A stretch of 63,883 nt of DNA, filler included, from Octopus bimaculoides (GCF_001194135.2; 4 parts of 4 records of this genome joined end to end with filler, not necessarily neighbours in it), one strand, 5' to 3'. Counted from the whole stretch's first letter, positions 1-13,374 are shown. Translations and numbers: made by a program. The notes: a model not told the origin generated them from the letters alone.

Positions 1-147
1 CATTCACTTGAACAAAACTGTACAAATCCAAATATATGGTACCCTAGGCATAACACCTACATGAACGTCTAACTTGTTGTCTCTTGAGGTCTCTGGGTGA
101 GACTTGGATCCAACTTGTACAAATGCAAAACAAAAGTCAAACATAAG

Positions 148-191
<44 letters not shown>
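1..191 (+). mobile_element. 3' end of an R4/Dong-like non-LTR retrotransposon with (TAA)n tail
   Basis: Unique sequence containing TTGAGGTCTCTGGGTGAGACTTG runs into a pure (ATA)n run at about 148-191. Clade assignment rests on recalled Dong/R4 3' ends and the adjacent endonuclease relic. Confidence 0.5.
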
Positions 192-192
<1 letters not shown>

Positions 193-319
193 GTGGTGAT
201 GATGATGAGGAGGATGGTCATGATCATGATCTTGATCTTGATGATAATAGCAATAACAATAATGATAATGATAACAACAACAACAAAAATAATCACGTCT
301 GACAGAAAAGGAATAAAAA

Positions 320-701
320 CATCGCCACGATAGGGTATCACAGTATTTACATTGGGAAATATGTATACAGTACATAATTAGCACACCTGCTTTCTGGTAT
401 GAATATCATTCTGAGTCAGTCCTTGAAGGTAAAAATGTCCCTAACCTCGGAGATTTTCCACTGAACACTGACAGAACGTTCCAGTTTAATCAACCAGACA
501 TCTTCATTAAAGTCAGGTAAAAAAAAAACAAAAAACACTTGTAAATTAATAGATGCAAGTTTTCCCTGTAATAAAAATATATTTGTTAAGAGATTTGACG
601 AATTAAGTACATATAAGTACCTGAAAAGAGAAATACAAAAGATGTGGCATCATGAAACGCGAATTGTTCCCGTTATTTTGGGTGCACTGGGTATGATATA
701 A
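320..701 (+). mobile_element. Degraded restriction-like endonuclease (RLE) region of an R4/Dong-clade LINE
   Basis: Translates HRHDRVSQYLHWEIC..WYEYH..GDFPLNTDRTFQFNQPDIFI*, then after a break NTCKLIDASFPC..KREIQKMWHHETRIVPVILGALGMI*. This matches the RHD..HW..C / PD..D / IVPVxxGALG signature of RLE LINEs. Confidence 0.88.
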
Positions 702-1019
702 GAAAATGGAAGAAAAGGAACGTCAGAAACATCTAAATACGATCCCATAATAAAGAAAATTTTTCCTATCTTAGGAAGCGCGTTAGGTATGAGAAAAAAT
801 ATGCAGACAAATTAAACAAAAGCGCCACTACTATACCATAAATAGAAAATAGCTCTAGTTGGCACCGATCACATCGTACGTAAAACACTTTCAATACAGT
901 GAAATTAAGATCATCACAATAAACCACAGCACACAGCCGAGACAGTTCAGTAGTGCAGCGAAAGCACGTAGTAAGATTAAGACTGCTGAATAATAGTAAT
1001 AATAACAAAGTAAAAATAA

Positions 1020-2100
1020 GACGTATTAAAGGGAATAACGAAACATCTTGGAGAATTTCCCTCCTGACATTAACTTTCAGTAAGGCTGTGTCACTTGAGT
1101 ATAGATCTACTTCACATTTCTTTATGCCAAAGGTAATGAATTCTCTTGTGTTGTCTGTAATACTAAATAAACTCAAACATCCGCTTATCCACGAGTGTAG
1201 AATCATGTCATAGGCTTCCTTATAATCTATTCATGCTATTGTTAAACTTTTCTTTGTAGATTTCACTTCATTTAGATCTATTTTGTCTATGTAAAATAGA
1301 TCATGTATTTTTCTCGCATTATTCCTGGAACATTGCTATTCTTCGGGAAGGTGCTCATAAACCCTTTGGGAGAGCATTGCTAGGTATATTACTAGTTATA
1401 TTACCCTTGCTATTGTCTTTCATAAAGAGTACTTTTCTACCTTTAGACACCCAGTTAGGTATAAGCCCTCTATTGAAGCAATCTTGAAATTCTTTCCTCA
1501 GTTTCCCATTTAAACTACTGAATTTCATTTACAAATTCTCTAGAACTATTTCTGATTCTGGATACTTCAATTTTGTCATTCTTCGTAGCACTCGACTTAT
1601 TAATGGACAAATTAGGTTTAGATTTGTTGCTTCCCCCTTAATGCATTGCCCTCACTCTCTTTAACCATGCTATATCTACATAATTATTAATTACCATATC
1701 TCAAATATCACCCCAGAACATTTTAGCTTCTTCCGCATTAAGCTTTTCATATTCCTTCCGTACATTTTTTATTGGACTATAATACATAATCTTGTCTGCC
1801 TCAAACAATCTGTTCTGTCAGTTCTAATCTAAAATCTGGATGGTACTAATGCTACTCGAAAGTCTGGTAAGTTTACCTGATATTGCAGTGATACGCTGCT
1901 TCAGTTCCTCCATGATGGTCCGAATACTTTCTCTTTGATCAGTATTTTTACTCAAGACTATATTTAAATATTGCGTTTCCTAACTTTTCTTTCACTGGAC
2001 TTTCAAACTAATCAGATTTTGTCTCAAAACCTTCACATTATTTTCTGATCTACGAGTCCACATCTACACCTTCCTATTCTTTCCTGACAGAATACCTGGT
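1020..2100 (-). mobile_element. Degraded R4/Dong-clade LINE ORF (pre-RT region and RT N-terminal half)
   Basis: Minus strand gives IMEELKQRITAISGKLTR, QNRLFEADK, NAEEAKMFWGDI, then IA*IDYKEAYDMILHSWISGCLSLFSI..KVNVRREILQDVSLFP (decayed WIDYxKAYD..PHSWI and RGIFQGDSLSP motifs). Many stops and frameshifts. Confidence 0.85.
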
Positions 2101-2855
2101 CAGTAAGTAAAACTACATGGTTAAATTAGTAAGTTTGTGTCACCTATAATTTTAAGTATTTTCCTACTTATAACAGTATATACTTTCCTAGTCATAGCTA
2201 ACATCTTTCTTCGTTTAATGCTGATAATATTTCTCTTTATTCTGTACTCATTGCTTCCTTGAACAGAACTAAAACCTTTCGGTTTTCCTTAATTACGTCG
2301 CCGCTTTCAGTTTTAGGTTTTTGTCCTTTAATTTAATATTTTGGTGCTTGTTTAATCGCTCGTCCTTGCCGTGAATTTCATCACTTGTGCATCTTGCTTC
2401 ATCCTAGATACTGCTGTTTAGTTGTCCTACATCTTGGTATCTTTTTTTTTAACTGCGCTGTGATTCTGTCATGCACTTAAATCTCCTACTTGTATTATCT
2501 GGTTCGCTAATATGTTCTATATCACATGGAACATACCTTTCTATAAACAAATAGCTAACATACGTTTTCTGTAACTTCTTACTTTGGTTTCACTCTCTAA
2601 GTAGATGTGCATCAAAATCCTATACATGTCACTTGCTTATTTCTTTCACTCACTCTTTTATGAATGGATATTCTCTCAGAAAAATGAGTGAGGTGAAGCA
2701 AGACTCCCCCCTTTTAAAGGACATCCTAATTTACGCTGTTATCACCAGAGTTTCTGCCTAAAATCTTGCCTCTGATAAACTCAGGCAAGGCAACGTTCAT
2801 GTTTCTTTATAGCGATAGCATCACCACGAACCTCATGATTTTTCACTTTTTAAAT

Positions 2856-2856
<1 letters not shown>

Positions 2857-2900
<44 letters not shown>

Positions 2901-3070
2901 GTCATCATCATCACCAACAACAGCATCAACAACAACAACCTCGTCATCACCATAATCATCATCAACATCATTAATATTAGTGATGTGATTGATGTCGTTG
3001 ATATTCCTCCCCAAATTTCAGCGGCATCAGTTTTTATTGTTGTAGTAGTAGTAGTAGTAGTAGTAGTAGT
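2857..3070. repeat. Compound trinucleotide microsatellite (ATC)n/(AAC)n/(GTA)n
   Basis: Directly visible; explains the poly-Ile/poly-Val ORF. Confidence 0.95.
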
Positions 3071-3499
3071 CGGGGAGGGAGGTGGCGATGGTGCCTAACG
3101 CTTCATCAGTAGCAATACCAGTTAGCCGGTGCAAATATAGATATAAATATCGGTAGATAATTTCTTATAGCTATAATTCAATTGTTTGTTGCAATAGTTA
3201 TTGCTGTGATTGTGGTTGTTGTTGTTGTTTTTGCTCATGTCATATAGAGTTGTTTTTGTTGGTAGTATTGCAGAAATTTCGCTGTCATAGCATTGTAGAT
3301 CTTAATGGTTTGAACGTACCTCGCCTAATGTACTTTTATGTTCATTTCATTTCAATGTTTACAGAATGCAAGTCACGAATGCAGCTTTTATCACCTTTAT
3401 CGTTGCCTATTCCCTGACTGAAACAGGAAGTTCATGCAACTCTGAAACAGATCATGGCCACGTGTCATCTAGTTATTCCATACATACAAATAATCATAT

Positions 3500-4020
3500 A
3501 TACGTTTGTGTATGTGTGTGTGAGTATGTGCATATGTGTATGTGATTGCGTGTGTGTATAGTACATATCACATCACACACACGCACATATATAAGGGTTA
3601 CATACATATATATGTATAAATCTATATATAATATGCATATACGTGCATATATCTAAGTGTATATCTATGCATATAATTATGTGTGTATATGTATATATGT
3701 ATATAATTATCTATATATCTATATCTATATCTATATCTATCTTCACACACACCCATGTAATAAAATATGTAATGTAAGTATGGGATTGTGTGAATAATAT
3801 TTATGTTGATATATATCCGTTTATCTACCTATGATTATGTATATATATATGCGTATCTTTACAAACACACCCCACACACATAAGTATACACATGTGTATT
3901 TTTAAACGTATATATGTATATATACATAAATACATACCTATAGAGGTGTATATCTTTATAGACAGGTACATTTTTCCATGTCCATGCATACATACACGCA
4001 TACGTACACCATGCATATAT

Positions 4021-4058
<38 letters not shown>
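3500..4058. repeat. Degenerate TA/TG/CA microsatellite mosaic
   Basis: (TG)n, (TA)n, (TATATC)n and (CA)n runs are visible. Confidence 0.9.
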
Positions 4059-4060
<2 letters not shown>

Positions 4061-4393
4061 TTTTTCACGCGTGCGTTTTTGTGCGTTTGTCCTGGGGTTT
4101 GTCTTTGTGAGAATTCCCTCCAAATCGCTTAGCTTCGCAATATTCTTTGCAATTTAGAGATGAAGTTACCTCTGACAGCTATTGTTTTACTTTCCACTCT
4201 ATTACCCACCGAATGAAGAATGATTAATATGATGTCGCGCATCACACACAGCCGTACCACATGCACTTTTTACCTCCAATCACAACATCTTCAGTATTTC
4301 TTCTTACTCTACTCTACCTCTTCCCTCTTCGGCTTACTCCTTCATATCCTTGCGTTTTGCCTTTATTTCCCTCTCCTCCTCTTCTCCATTCAG

Positions 4394-4549
4394 ATGTCAG
4401 ATTACTATGTGAATTGCTGTATTCCATTCATTTTCATAGTGAACAAACACGGGCTTCTGGTGAAATCATTAAATACAAAAATGTCATTTTCCAGATTCCC
4501 GCTACTAATTACGAACATTTAAGGTTATTACCTAATTCCGAAGTTCCAG
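4394..4549 (+). CDS. Possible isolated internal exon, product unknown
   Basis: Long polypyrimidine tract plus CAG acceptor, 156 nt open phase-1/phase-1 frame (DVRLLCELLYSIHFHSEQTRASGEIIKYKNVIFQIPATNYEHLRLLPNSEVPG), CAG|GTACAC donor. No homology recognised. Confidence 0.2.
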
Positions 4550-5150
4550 GTACACCGGTCACATTCAAAAGTTATATATTCTCCACCTTCGTATTCTAGA
4601 GTTTTTATGCTACATATAAATGTAATTGTATATATACATAGACACATATATGCTTCTACATATGTGTTTATGTTCTGAATATATATAGTTCTAATACCAT
4701 CTATCTATCTATCTATCTATCATTCTTTCTATCAGTGTGTCAATCTATTTATCTATCTCTCTAACTATCTATATCCCTCCCTCTCTCTCTCACTTTCTCT
4801 GTATATATGCATATATTTTTATATATAAGTCTTTCTCTCTCTNNNNNNNNNNNNNNNNNNNNNNNNNNNNNNNNNNNNNNNNNNNNNNNNNNNNNNNNNN
4901 NNNNNNNNNNNNNNNNNNNNNNNNNNNNNNNNNNNNNNNNNNNNNNNNNNNNNNNNNNNNNNNNNNNNNNNNNNNNNNNNNNNNNNNNNNNNNNNNNNNN
5001 NNNNNNNNNNNNNNNNNNNNNNNNNNNNNNNNNNNNNNNNNNNNNNNNNNNNNNNNNNNNNNNNNNNNNNNNNNNNNNNNNNNNNNNNNNNNNNNNNNNN
5101 NNNNNNNNNNNNNNNNNNNNNNNNNNNNNNNNNNNNNNNNNNNNNNNCAT

Positions 5151-5211
5151 GATAAAACTCCGAGTTTCGGATGTTGGACCGGAAACCCACGCCGCTATCT
5201 CTTCAGTTATC
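5151..5211 (-). ncRNA. Minimal type I hammerhead-ribozyme-like motif (Penelope/retrozyme type)
   Basis: Minus strand: GATAA-CTGAAGA-GAT..ATC-C-GAAA-CTC-G-GAG-TT-TTATC. Stem I 5 bp, intact core, near-palindromic stem III, GUU triplet. Confidence 0.6.
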
Positions 5212-5239
5212 TGGCCATCGAATCCCAGATAACTGGCCA

Positions 5240-5281
5240 GATAACTGAAGAGATGGCGGCATCCGAAACTCAGGTTTTTAA
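5240..5281 (+). ncRNA. Inverted, more decayed copy of the hammerhead-like motif
   Basis: GATAA-CTGAAGA-GATG gcgg CATC-C-GAAA-CTCAGG-TT; stems III and I are degenerate. Confidence 0.4.
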
Positions 5282-6139
5282 CTGTCACATATTATTTACA
5301 GATAAATTCCTTCATTTACATAATATCGACGTCTCTTTTTTCTTTTGTTGTCTTACCTTTTCTTTCAATATATATAAATATATATACATACATATATATG
5401 GTTGCGTGCGTGTGTATATAACGTATATTTATATATTCGTGGCATTATAGCGTTTATCAGCGTTAACTGCTTCATGTGGTCTCGCCTGGATATCTTTTGT
5501 TGGTCTTCCAAATACTGTGGAACTAGTCTTCGATATAGATTTTGTAGTTTCATTCGAAATTGGTGTCAAGTTTAGGATAACAATTGCAAATTTTAGTTGA
5601 GCTGTTTTCAAATAAGTTTTCAAATCGCTCTTTTATATTTTTACAAAATTATATAACCTTAAAATTAAATCAATTAATTATTCAATATTTGAATGAAATC
5701 AGCTTGTTCGTCGCTCTCAAAATGAGTGGACGAAAGCTCAATTATATATTCCCTCCAATGTGTTGCTGCTATTGTTTTATCTTTTAGGCCATCAGGACAG
5801 CACTAAAACGTTCCAAACGTAATCACCACAAATTTTACGCTGATAATGGAAGTTATTAAGAGAATGTTATTCCTACTTTTTGGATTGTAGTAAAAGATTT
5901 GAAACTCCTATGACAGGTATTTCTAGCAAATTAAACACTGCTCTGAGGCTCCCTCAATTTCCCCGTTGAATTTTATTATATTTTCTAAGTCACTCATTTA
6001 AAATATGTCTTGCTGTTTAGTACAAACGGCGATCGAGATCGTGCAAGTGACAATTATGGATAACAGTAGTTATAGCCGTGGTGGAAAGAATACAATAAGA
6101 CAATACAAGCTAATGGAAACATATATATATTATAATTGT

Positions 6140-6179
<40 letters not shown>

Positions 6180-7594
6180 TTATAAATACAGACACATACA
6201 CACACATATATATATACACATGTGTCTGTATATGTGCTTAAGTGAGTAAAACAGAAAAGGATACATATATTTATTCAGAAATATCTTTCTAATTCATTTA
6301 ACACAATCATCTCTTTCATGCGTATTGTACACCTGCAGGCTTCACTCGGCATTTTAAAATAGTGTGCGTGTGTATCTTGTATAGACTATCTCTGACGTAC
6401 ACTATAGTCACACATACACACACACATGCACACACATGCACACTCATGCGCGCACATACACACTTATGCATGTGTGTGTGTGTTCGTGTGTGCATGTGTG
6501 TGTGTATACCACATCCCGTGCATAGAAGCAATTGAAAAAAAATCAAGCGCTATCAGTTGCAGTAATTACTTATATATTATATACCTTCTGCGGATACGAA
6601 CGTGGTTCTGGTGTTCCGTTGATCATGCGCACATATAAATTCATGAACGCTTTTCGACCAGAATCGTGTTCCTGTGCACAAGATGTTATAGAATATGTGT
6701 ATAATTATTCAATACACATACTTGATTGTTATTTATTTTGAGTGTCTCTTTGTCTCAGTAGTCTTTTGTATGTTTAGATTATTGCTTAAATCAGTTGCCT
6801 CTATTTCTTTCTTGATACTTTTCATACATTCATCTTTTGAAGCACAGGAATTATTCTGTATATGGTGTTTTTTTTAAATCTTATAATTACTAAGAAGTAT
6901 CTGGGTTCGAATGTGTGTACCTGTGTACGTCAGTATAATATAAATTGCCTATTTTTCTTAGTAGCTCTCTCTCTCTCTCTCTCTCCCTCTCTCTCTCTCT
7001 CTCTTTATATATATATATGTGCATGTATCGTGTGTGATTGAACTCCTGCCCTTTGTTTCCCATTACTCAATAGAAATTACCTACCAACCGAATTTGTGAG
7101 CAGCCATTGCCGCCCATACTGTTAAATATTTTAGCACGTGAAACAATTAACAAAATCATACTCTCTCTCTTAGTTGATGTTTGTAATATTATCACATTTT
7201 TGATTACTCCAAATAACTAGTGAAAACGTTTCTATTGTTTGCCCTTGTAGTATTCCTGTAGGGAATATAAATACCTAATTAGGTATGCTATCCGAATTAA
7301 GGCAAACCTGGCTACAATCCCTGAAAGTTTCATCTAATATAATGTTACTATCGAAAATGTTACTCGAAATTCCGCTTTTCCTGATAAGTTGACCCACCAC
7401 ACACAGAAGGGAAATTTGGCATCCGATAATATAGTTTTGTGCTAGGTACGGATATTCGGTAACAGTTAGTGAATATCGTTCCTGCCTATTCAGAGAGACC
7501 CTGAAGTTGAACAGAAAAGCAACATATATAAGATATTATATGTACGACTAAATAAATATATAAACAATAACTGAAATACTATTGGAATTCTATT

Positions 7595-7798
7595 CTCTCT
7601 CATGTACTCATCGCCCGCAGCCTATGAAACAAATGATGTTACCGTATAGTCTTAGATCAACGGAAGCCTCTCTCATGTACTCAACGTCCGCAACCTCTAA
7701 GACAAATGATGTTTCCGAATAGTCCTGGATCAACAGATGCTTCTCTCGTGTACTCAAAGCCTGCAACTTATGAGACAAATTATGTTGTCAACGGAAGC
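7595..7798. repeat. 73-bp tandem repeat, about 2.7 diverged copies
   Basis: Units start at 7595, 7668 and 7741 (CTCTCTCATGTACTCA..CAAATGATGTT..GATCAACGGAAGC); the third unit is internally deleted. Confidence 0.85.
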
Positions 7799-8856
7799 TA
7801 GTGTAATTTGGTACGGAAATACTGAGAAGAAAGCAACTAGTGGTCTTTTTAGAATTCTGAATCCCTGTCATGTTATACCGCATATTCTATTGCTTATCAA
7901 GCGGATGACTGTAGCATAGTCTGCTTGTCTGAATCGTGATTAGTTTGTTTACTCCTGCACAATGAATGGTGTCGCCCAATATAATGGGAAATACTGCCGA
8001 GATATGAGAGAGAACGCAAGAACTATCAGTCTGCATCCTTATTCTTACAACACACATTTAGTTTATTTGACCATATACTTATAAAGACAGACTCTTGTGA
8101 ACGCGTTTCCATTAATGTTTAATCAGTTTAAAAACAACTACCTACACCCTTCACGTTTCAATTGTTTTCATCTCACAGCGCACACTCTTCCATTTTGTTA
8201 TCCACTAAACAGTACAACCATCTCCACATATACCCCCCACCCTTCAGTCTTAATCACTGGCTTGGAATGATTGTAAATATCATGAAAGTTTTCTTAACGC
8301 TGAAATCGACATGAAATATTTGCAGAAGCACCCTGCTTGTTCATTAGAATCTTCGAGACAATTCCAGAGCTGGTTGACCATAAAAACATCTTCTCCGACC
8401 CAACACTCTAGGGAATATAACTTGTTTTTATTATGTAACCTGAATAGATTAGACACATTTATGGCAGCCTATCTAGACCTGAAGAATTAATAATAGGAAT
8501 CTGCTCGTCCAGGTCTCCCCAAGTCAATCATTTGTCTTAATTTTAAACGCTTCTTCACCGTTAGAGTGAGTGTGTGTATCTATACGTGTGTGTGTGCATG
8601 AGAGTGTGATAGTTCTATTAACAGCAGAATGTGAGAATCAGTAAAATTACCATCGCCACCAGCACAACTATCATGACATTCTCTAGCAATTTTAATATCA
8701 AGTTCGAGTGAGTTGGCAGTAACACTAGGCATTTTAAATCAGTTAATCTCATTTTGGCTCTTGTTCTTGTTGTTCAGTTCCAGCATATTTATGTTTGAGA
8801 AAATATTTTATCTGACGTTGCATCCGTGACCTTTACCCATGTTTTGGAATATTTTA

Positions 8857-9994
8857 TCAGGTCACTAAGAATGAAATGTCCGATTTTGAAGTGACAGTTT
8901 ATTTTAATTTATCTCAACAAAAAGCAATGCAGTTAATAAAAGTATGCACCTAAATTATGAAAACAATTTTGCCATTTTATCAGTAACTTATTTATGCCAG
9001 CAGCGAATAATTCTGAACAGCAAGAGGTGATGAAATCACGAAAAGCAGTTTTTGCATCTTTTTCGAATTTGAATTTTTTTTTTTTGCAAAATGTTGTCTA
9101 ATGCCTGTAAAACGTGATAGTCGGTTAGTGCAAGGTCTGGTGAACATGGTGGATGCCAGAGTACTTCCATGTTCAGTTCCTGTAGTGGCGTTCTTTGGCC
9201 TGTCTCTATTAACGTCTCTATTAACCAATCATGATTGTTTAATTTCATCCAATTCGTTGATGTATACATCCTCTGTAATTCACATATCAGATCTCATGAA
9301 GCTGTACTGGATGACCAAATAGACACCATTAGCTTTTTTTTTTTTTTTGGTGAATGTTGATTTGGATTGTGTTTTGGCACTTCTTCTTTATCCAACCACA
9401 GTGCAGAATGCTTGCATTGCTGAAAAAAAATCGATTTTTCATCACATGCAAAAATGGTTCGCTTTTATGCTGTGACATCAAAGGCTAACAAGACTGAAGA
9501 CGACGTGTCATTTGATGCCCGTTCAACTCTTGTCTTGCTTCTTTACCTTACCGATTTGTTTCAGATTGTCCAACACAGTTGGAATTGAAACTTCAAACCT
9601 TACTGTTAAATCTCGCGTAGTTTGAGATGTATCCACTTCCAATACAGTATCCAGTTCATCATTAGCTACCTTAGTCTCAGGGGTTAATTTTCGAGAGTAA
9701 AGTTACCAGACGTACAGTGCACTCATTCGCCAAATCTTCACCAAACATATCGTTCATACTTCGAGCTCTCTGGGATGCATTGTTTCCACGACGGAACTCA
9801 TATTCATAAACAACGCGAATTTTTTTATCTCTCCATGGATTCATAAGAATTGATTTATAAAAGAAAACTTACAATATAATCAGACACCATGAATTGCATA
9901 TCGATAATGTAACTCTACGAATTGTCAGGATGAAACATCAGACTGTCAAACATGGTGCATAAGAAAATCCGACATTTCATTCTTAATGACATGA
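8857..9994 (-). mobile_element. Mariner transposon relic with both TIRs and TA target duplication
   Basis: TIRs TCAGGTCACTAAGAATGAAATGTCCGATTTT / AAAATCCGACATTTCATTCTTAATGACATGA, TA on both sides. Minus strand encodes TCDEK-like and LQELNMEVLWHPPCSPDLALTDYHVLQALDN (decayed YSPDLAPxDYH). Confidence 0.92.
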
Positions 9995-10424
9995 TATATT
10001 ATTTCTAAATTCAGGTCAATGTCATCAATTTGTTTAGGTATCGATAACAAGAACTTAACTTGTACTTTATTTATCGACCTCGAAAGTATAAAGGGCAGAG
10101 TCATTGATAGATTTCAACTCAGAACATAAAGCCGGAAGTATAACCGCCACACTTGTTGTTCTACGCACTAAGGATTTTGTTAACATCTTTAAACTATAGT
10201 GGTCATACAGGGTCTTCACAGAGGCAATTATTTGATGGTAACAATTTAATTTGTACTTAAAGATCGAAAGGCAAAGCTGACCTCCAAAGACCAAGACATT
10301 ACGACAAATCTAATAAAGCAAAAAATGAAAACCTCAGTCACAAAGCAAATGAAGAATCTACAGGAAAGGAGAAGAAATCATGTCTTGAGTGACAGCAGTA
10401 TAATAACATGAAAGGAGCAGAAGA

Positions 10425-10760
10425 GGAAGCACGATTGCATAGTAAAAGTGTGTATTGGAATGTCAGTGAGTTTCAAAAGTATTATGAATTAGAATCTCCG
10501 GAAGAAGATGCGATTTATAAGATTTTTAAGGGATTTACCCATAGACACTAGAGACTGACCACAGTATTTGAAGAAAAGGGACAGAGATGATTATAAAGGA
10601 CAATACAAACATTATAAAGTTTTAGACGTTCCAATGCTCTATAATAACAGAGAAATATCACGAAATAGCCAAAAAGCTGAAGAGATTTTGGAAGTCTAAA
10701 ACAATAATTATTCGTGTGGTTATTAGTGTTCTTCGCACAACACTAAAAACTTCTACTTGA
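10425..10760 (+). mobile_element. Highly decayed RLE-LINE endonuclease fragment
   Basis: HEIAKKLKRFWKSKTIIIRVVISVL resembles LKRLWKxKTxIxPVVIGALG; upstream HD and YKI remnants. Confidence 0.4.
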
Positions 10761-12582
10761 GAGGTTATTGCAATTGAAACTTTACAAAAGTACCATAATT
10801 TATTCCGCAAGGGTCCAAACCTCACAATAAAATATTTGTTAATGAAATAAGATTAAGATAATACTATTAATATTGATTTCAAGTTTTAACACAAGGCCAG
10901 CAAGTTCGCAACGGCATACGAAATGATCCTAAGCAGTTTTACCACCGTCCCAACGATTCATCCAGCTCCCTTACTTACTAAGGATAGTAATGGCTTGAAA
11001 CTCTGACGCAGGGCCAGAATATTATTATTAATATTAAGAAAGAAATTAGGCGGCGTGATGACAGAAGAGTTATCACGCCGAGCAGCATGCTCAGCGACAT
11101 TTCGTCTGTCTTTTTGAACTGATTTGAAATTCCACTGGGGTCCATTTCAGGGTCGATAAAAGAATTACATACCAATCGATCACTGGAACCGATATAATCG
11201 AATTAACCATTTCCCCGAATTTGCTAACCTTGTACCAAATATTGTAATGTATATTAATAATCATATATAATATATAATAGAGTGAACAGTATCTATTTAA
11301 TGTAGAGTGTACTGTGAAACAAGTTTTGTTCCTAATTATCATGTGGCACTTTATGAAATAATGCAGAAATTTCAATATGAGATCTGAGACAATAGAGATT
11401 GAAATGGGGCGAAGCACTTGCAGACCTAATATGGCAATAGAGGAATTTAGCAGAAATCGGACGATGTCATACGCTATCATATCCAGAGGAAATGTAGCAT
11501 TTCGTTTTTGTTACTACCGCCAGATCAGTTGTATTAAAGTAGATTTACTGTTTAAAACACCTTGATCGAAACAATGGAATATGCATTTACTAATAACATG
11601 GTATTTAGTAGCTTGGATTTTAACTATAGAAATTTTGTAAACAATAATCCTAATATGACGTTAGTTAGATTATATAATCTAATATTTTCTGGTTTTAAAG
11701 GATCTGTCAGTTTAGGATATTGTCCTTATCATTATCATCATCATCAATAACATCATTACGAGGCTATTGTTATGACAATTTGAACAATCATCATTATATA
11801 TGAACAAAGAGGTCAGCCTCTGTACACAATGTGAATCGGCTACAGAAATGCAGGCAAATCTCCACAGTATATGATATTACAATGTCATATAAAGGGTAAA
11901 CATTCACTGTCCTTTATTCTACTTTGTCTCATATCATTTAATATGTGTGGAGATGTGGGCAACAATGTTATCTCGATCATTGTTGTGGTGATTCGGAAGA
12001 AGGCGAAGCTGGAGCGGACGACAGTAACAATGATACAGACGACATCAAAGGACAAGGAAAATAAAAGAAAAAAAGAAAGAATTAGAAGAAAGGGAAGAAG
12101 AAAGAGAAAGGGGAGGAGAAGTAGAAGTAGGGAACCTAACATGTGATACGAAAAATAAAGAACTTCAAGAAGCACATTAAGAACAGTAATCTTGTCAAAA
12201 CATCAGATTCACTTTTCCTCATTTACATGGGGTCTGACATTCCGTACGTTTTCTTTCATTTCCTTCTGTTAGTCGCATTCCCTGACTTCTCAGATTATCA
12301 ATCTGCTACAAGGTCCAACACTTACAGGTATAACAGAGATCCGCAGAAAATCTTACATGCCGTGTAGTTCTAATAGTAATCCTTTCTCATATCCAAATCC
12401 AACTTGTGGTATTGCATTTATATATCGCCACATACTCTTATCAGATCCGTAGATAAATGTATAACTCCTGAGTCACAAATCACTATTATACCTGTAAGAC
12501 TATAAGAAAATATATTTATTTATTACTTCAAAGATAAAATAGACGCTGCACATATGTAGAATATATTTCGCTATGTTTCGCA

Positions 12583-12790
12583 AGGCGGCGAACTGGGCGA
12601 AACACTTATCGGTATTTTGTCTGGTGCTACGTTCTGAGTTCAAATTCTACCCACGTTGACTTTGCCTTTCATCTTTTCGGGGTTGATTAAATAAGTACCA
12701 GTTACGCATTGGGATCGATATAATCGACTTAATCCGTTTGTCTGTTCTTGTTTGCCCCCTCTGTGTGTAGCCCCTTGTGGGCAGTAAATA
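12583..12790 (+). mobile_element. tRNA-derived SINE, family A (GGCGGCGAGCTGGCAGAA head)
   Basis: Head, GTTCTGAGTTCAAATTC B-box region and TTTGCCTTTCATC..GGGGT.GAT.AA.TAAGTACC core are shared with the copies at 17.3-18.0 kb and 36.2-36.6 kb. Older relics at about 10.06-10.29 kb and 11.05-11.2 kb. Confidence 0.85.
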
Positions 12791-13294
12791 CATTAGAATA
12801 TATTTCCCATATTCATCTTTTCTACAATGCAAATGATAAATAATACCTCGTAAGCGCTTTTTTTTTCTTTATCTGCTAGTTAACTTTAGATTAGGAAACT
12901 CATGTAGAAGTCTTGTTAGCCGTTGATATCGCAACCTATTGAGAATATATTTACGCTTCCATTTTTTAATAAGTTTTAAAATAAATAAGGTTCCTACCGC
13001 GTTGCTATTTCTAGCAGTCAAAGTGATCAGTCAAATTGCCCTTCATTAATTGTGTTTTATTGCTTGATATCTATATTGTCCTTTATTTTATTACATCTTA
13101 ATATTTGATTGATCGTTATATTCTCTTTGTTTCCAATTAATTTTATACATGTTCCTTACATATGGGTGTGTGTGCGTGTGTTAGTATGTATAGCAACAGC
13201 AATTTCCAAAGTTTCTAAAGCTGGAGTATTTCCTTTCAAGTTGAATCATTAAATATACAAATACACATACACACATACACACATACGTGCATAC

Positions 13295-13374
<80 letters not shown>

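Noticed and set aside
11340-11565. Possible MULE transposase C-terminal relic
   Set aside because: Resemblance too weak; no catalytic motif or TIR.
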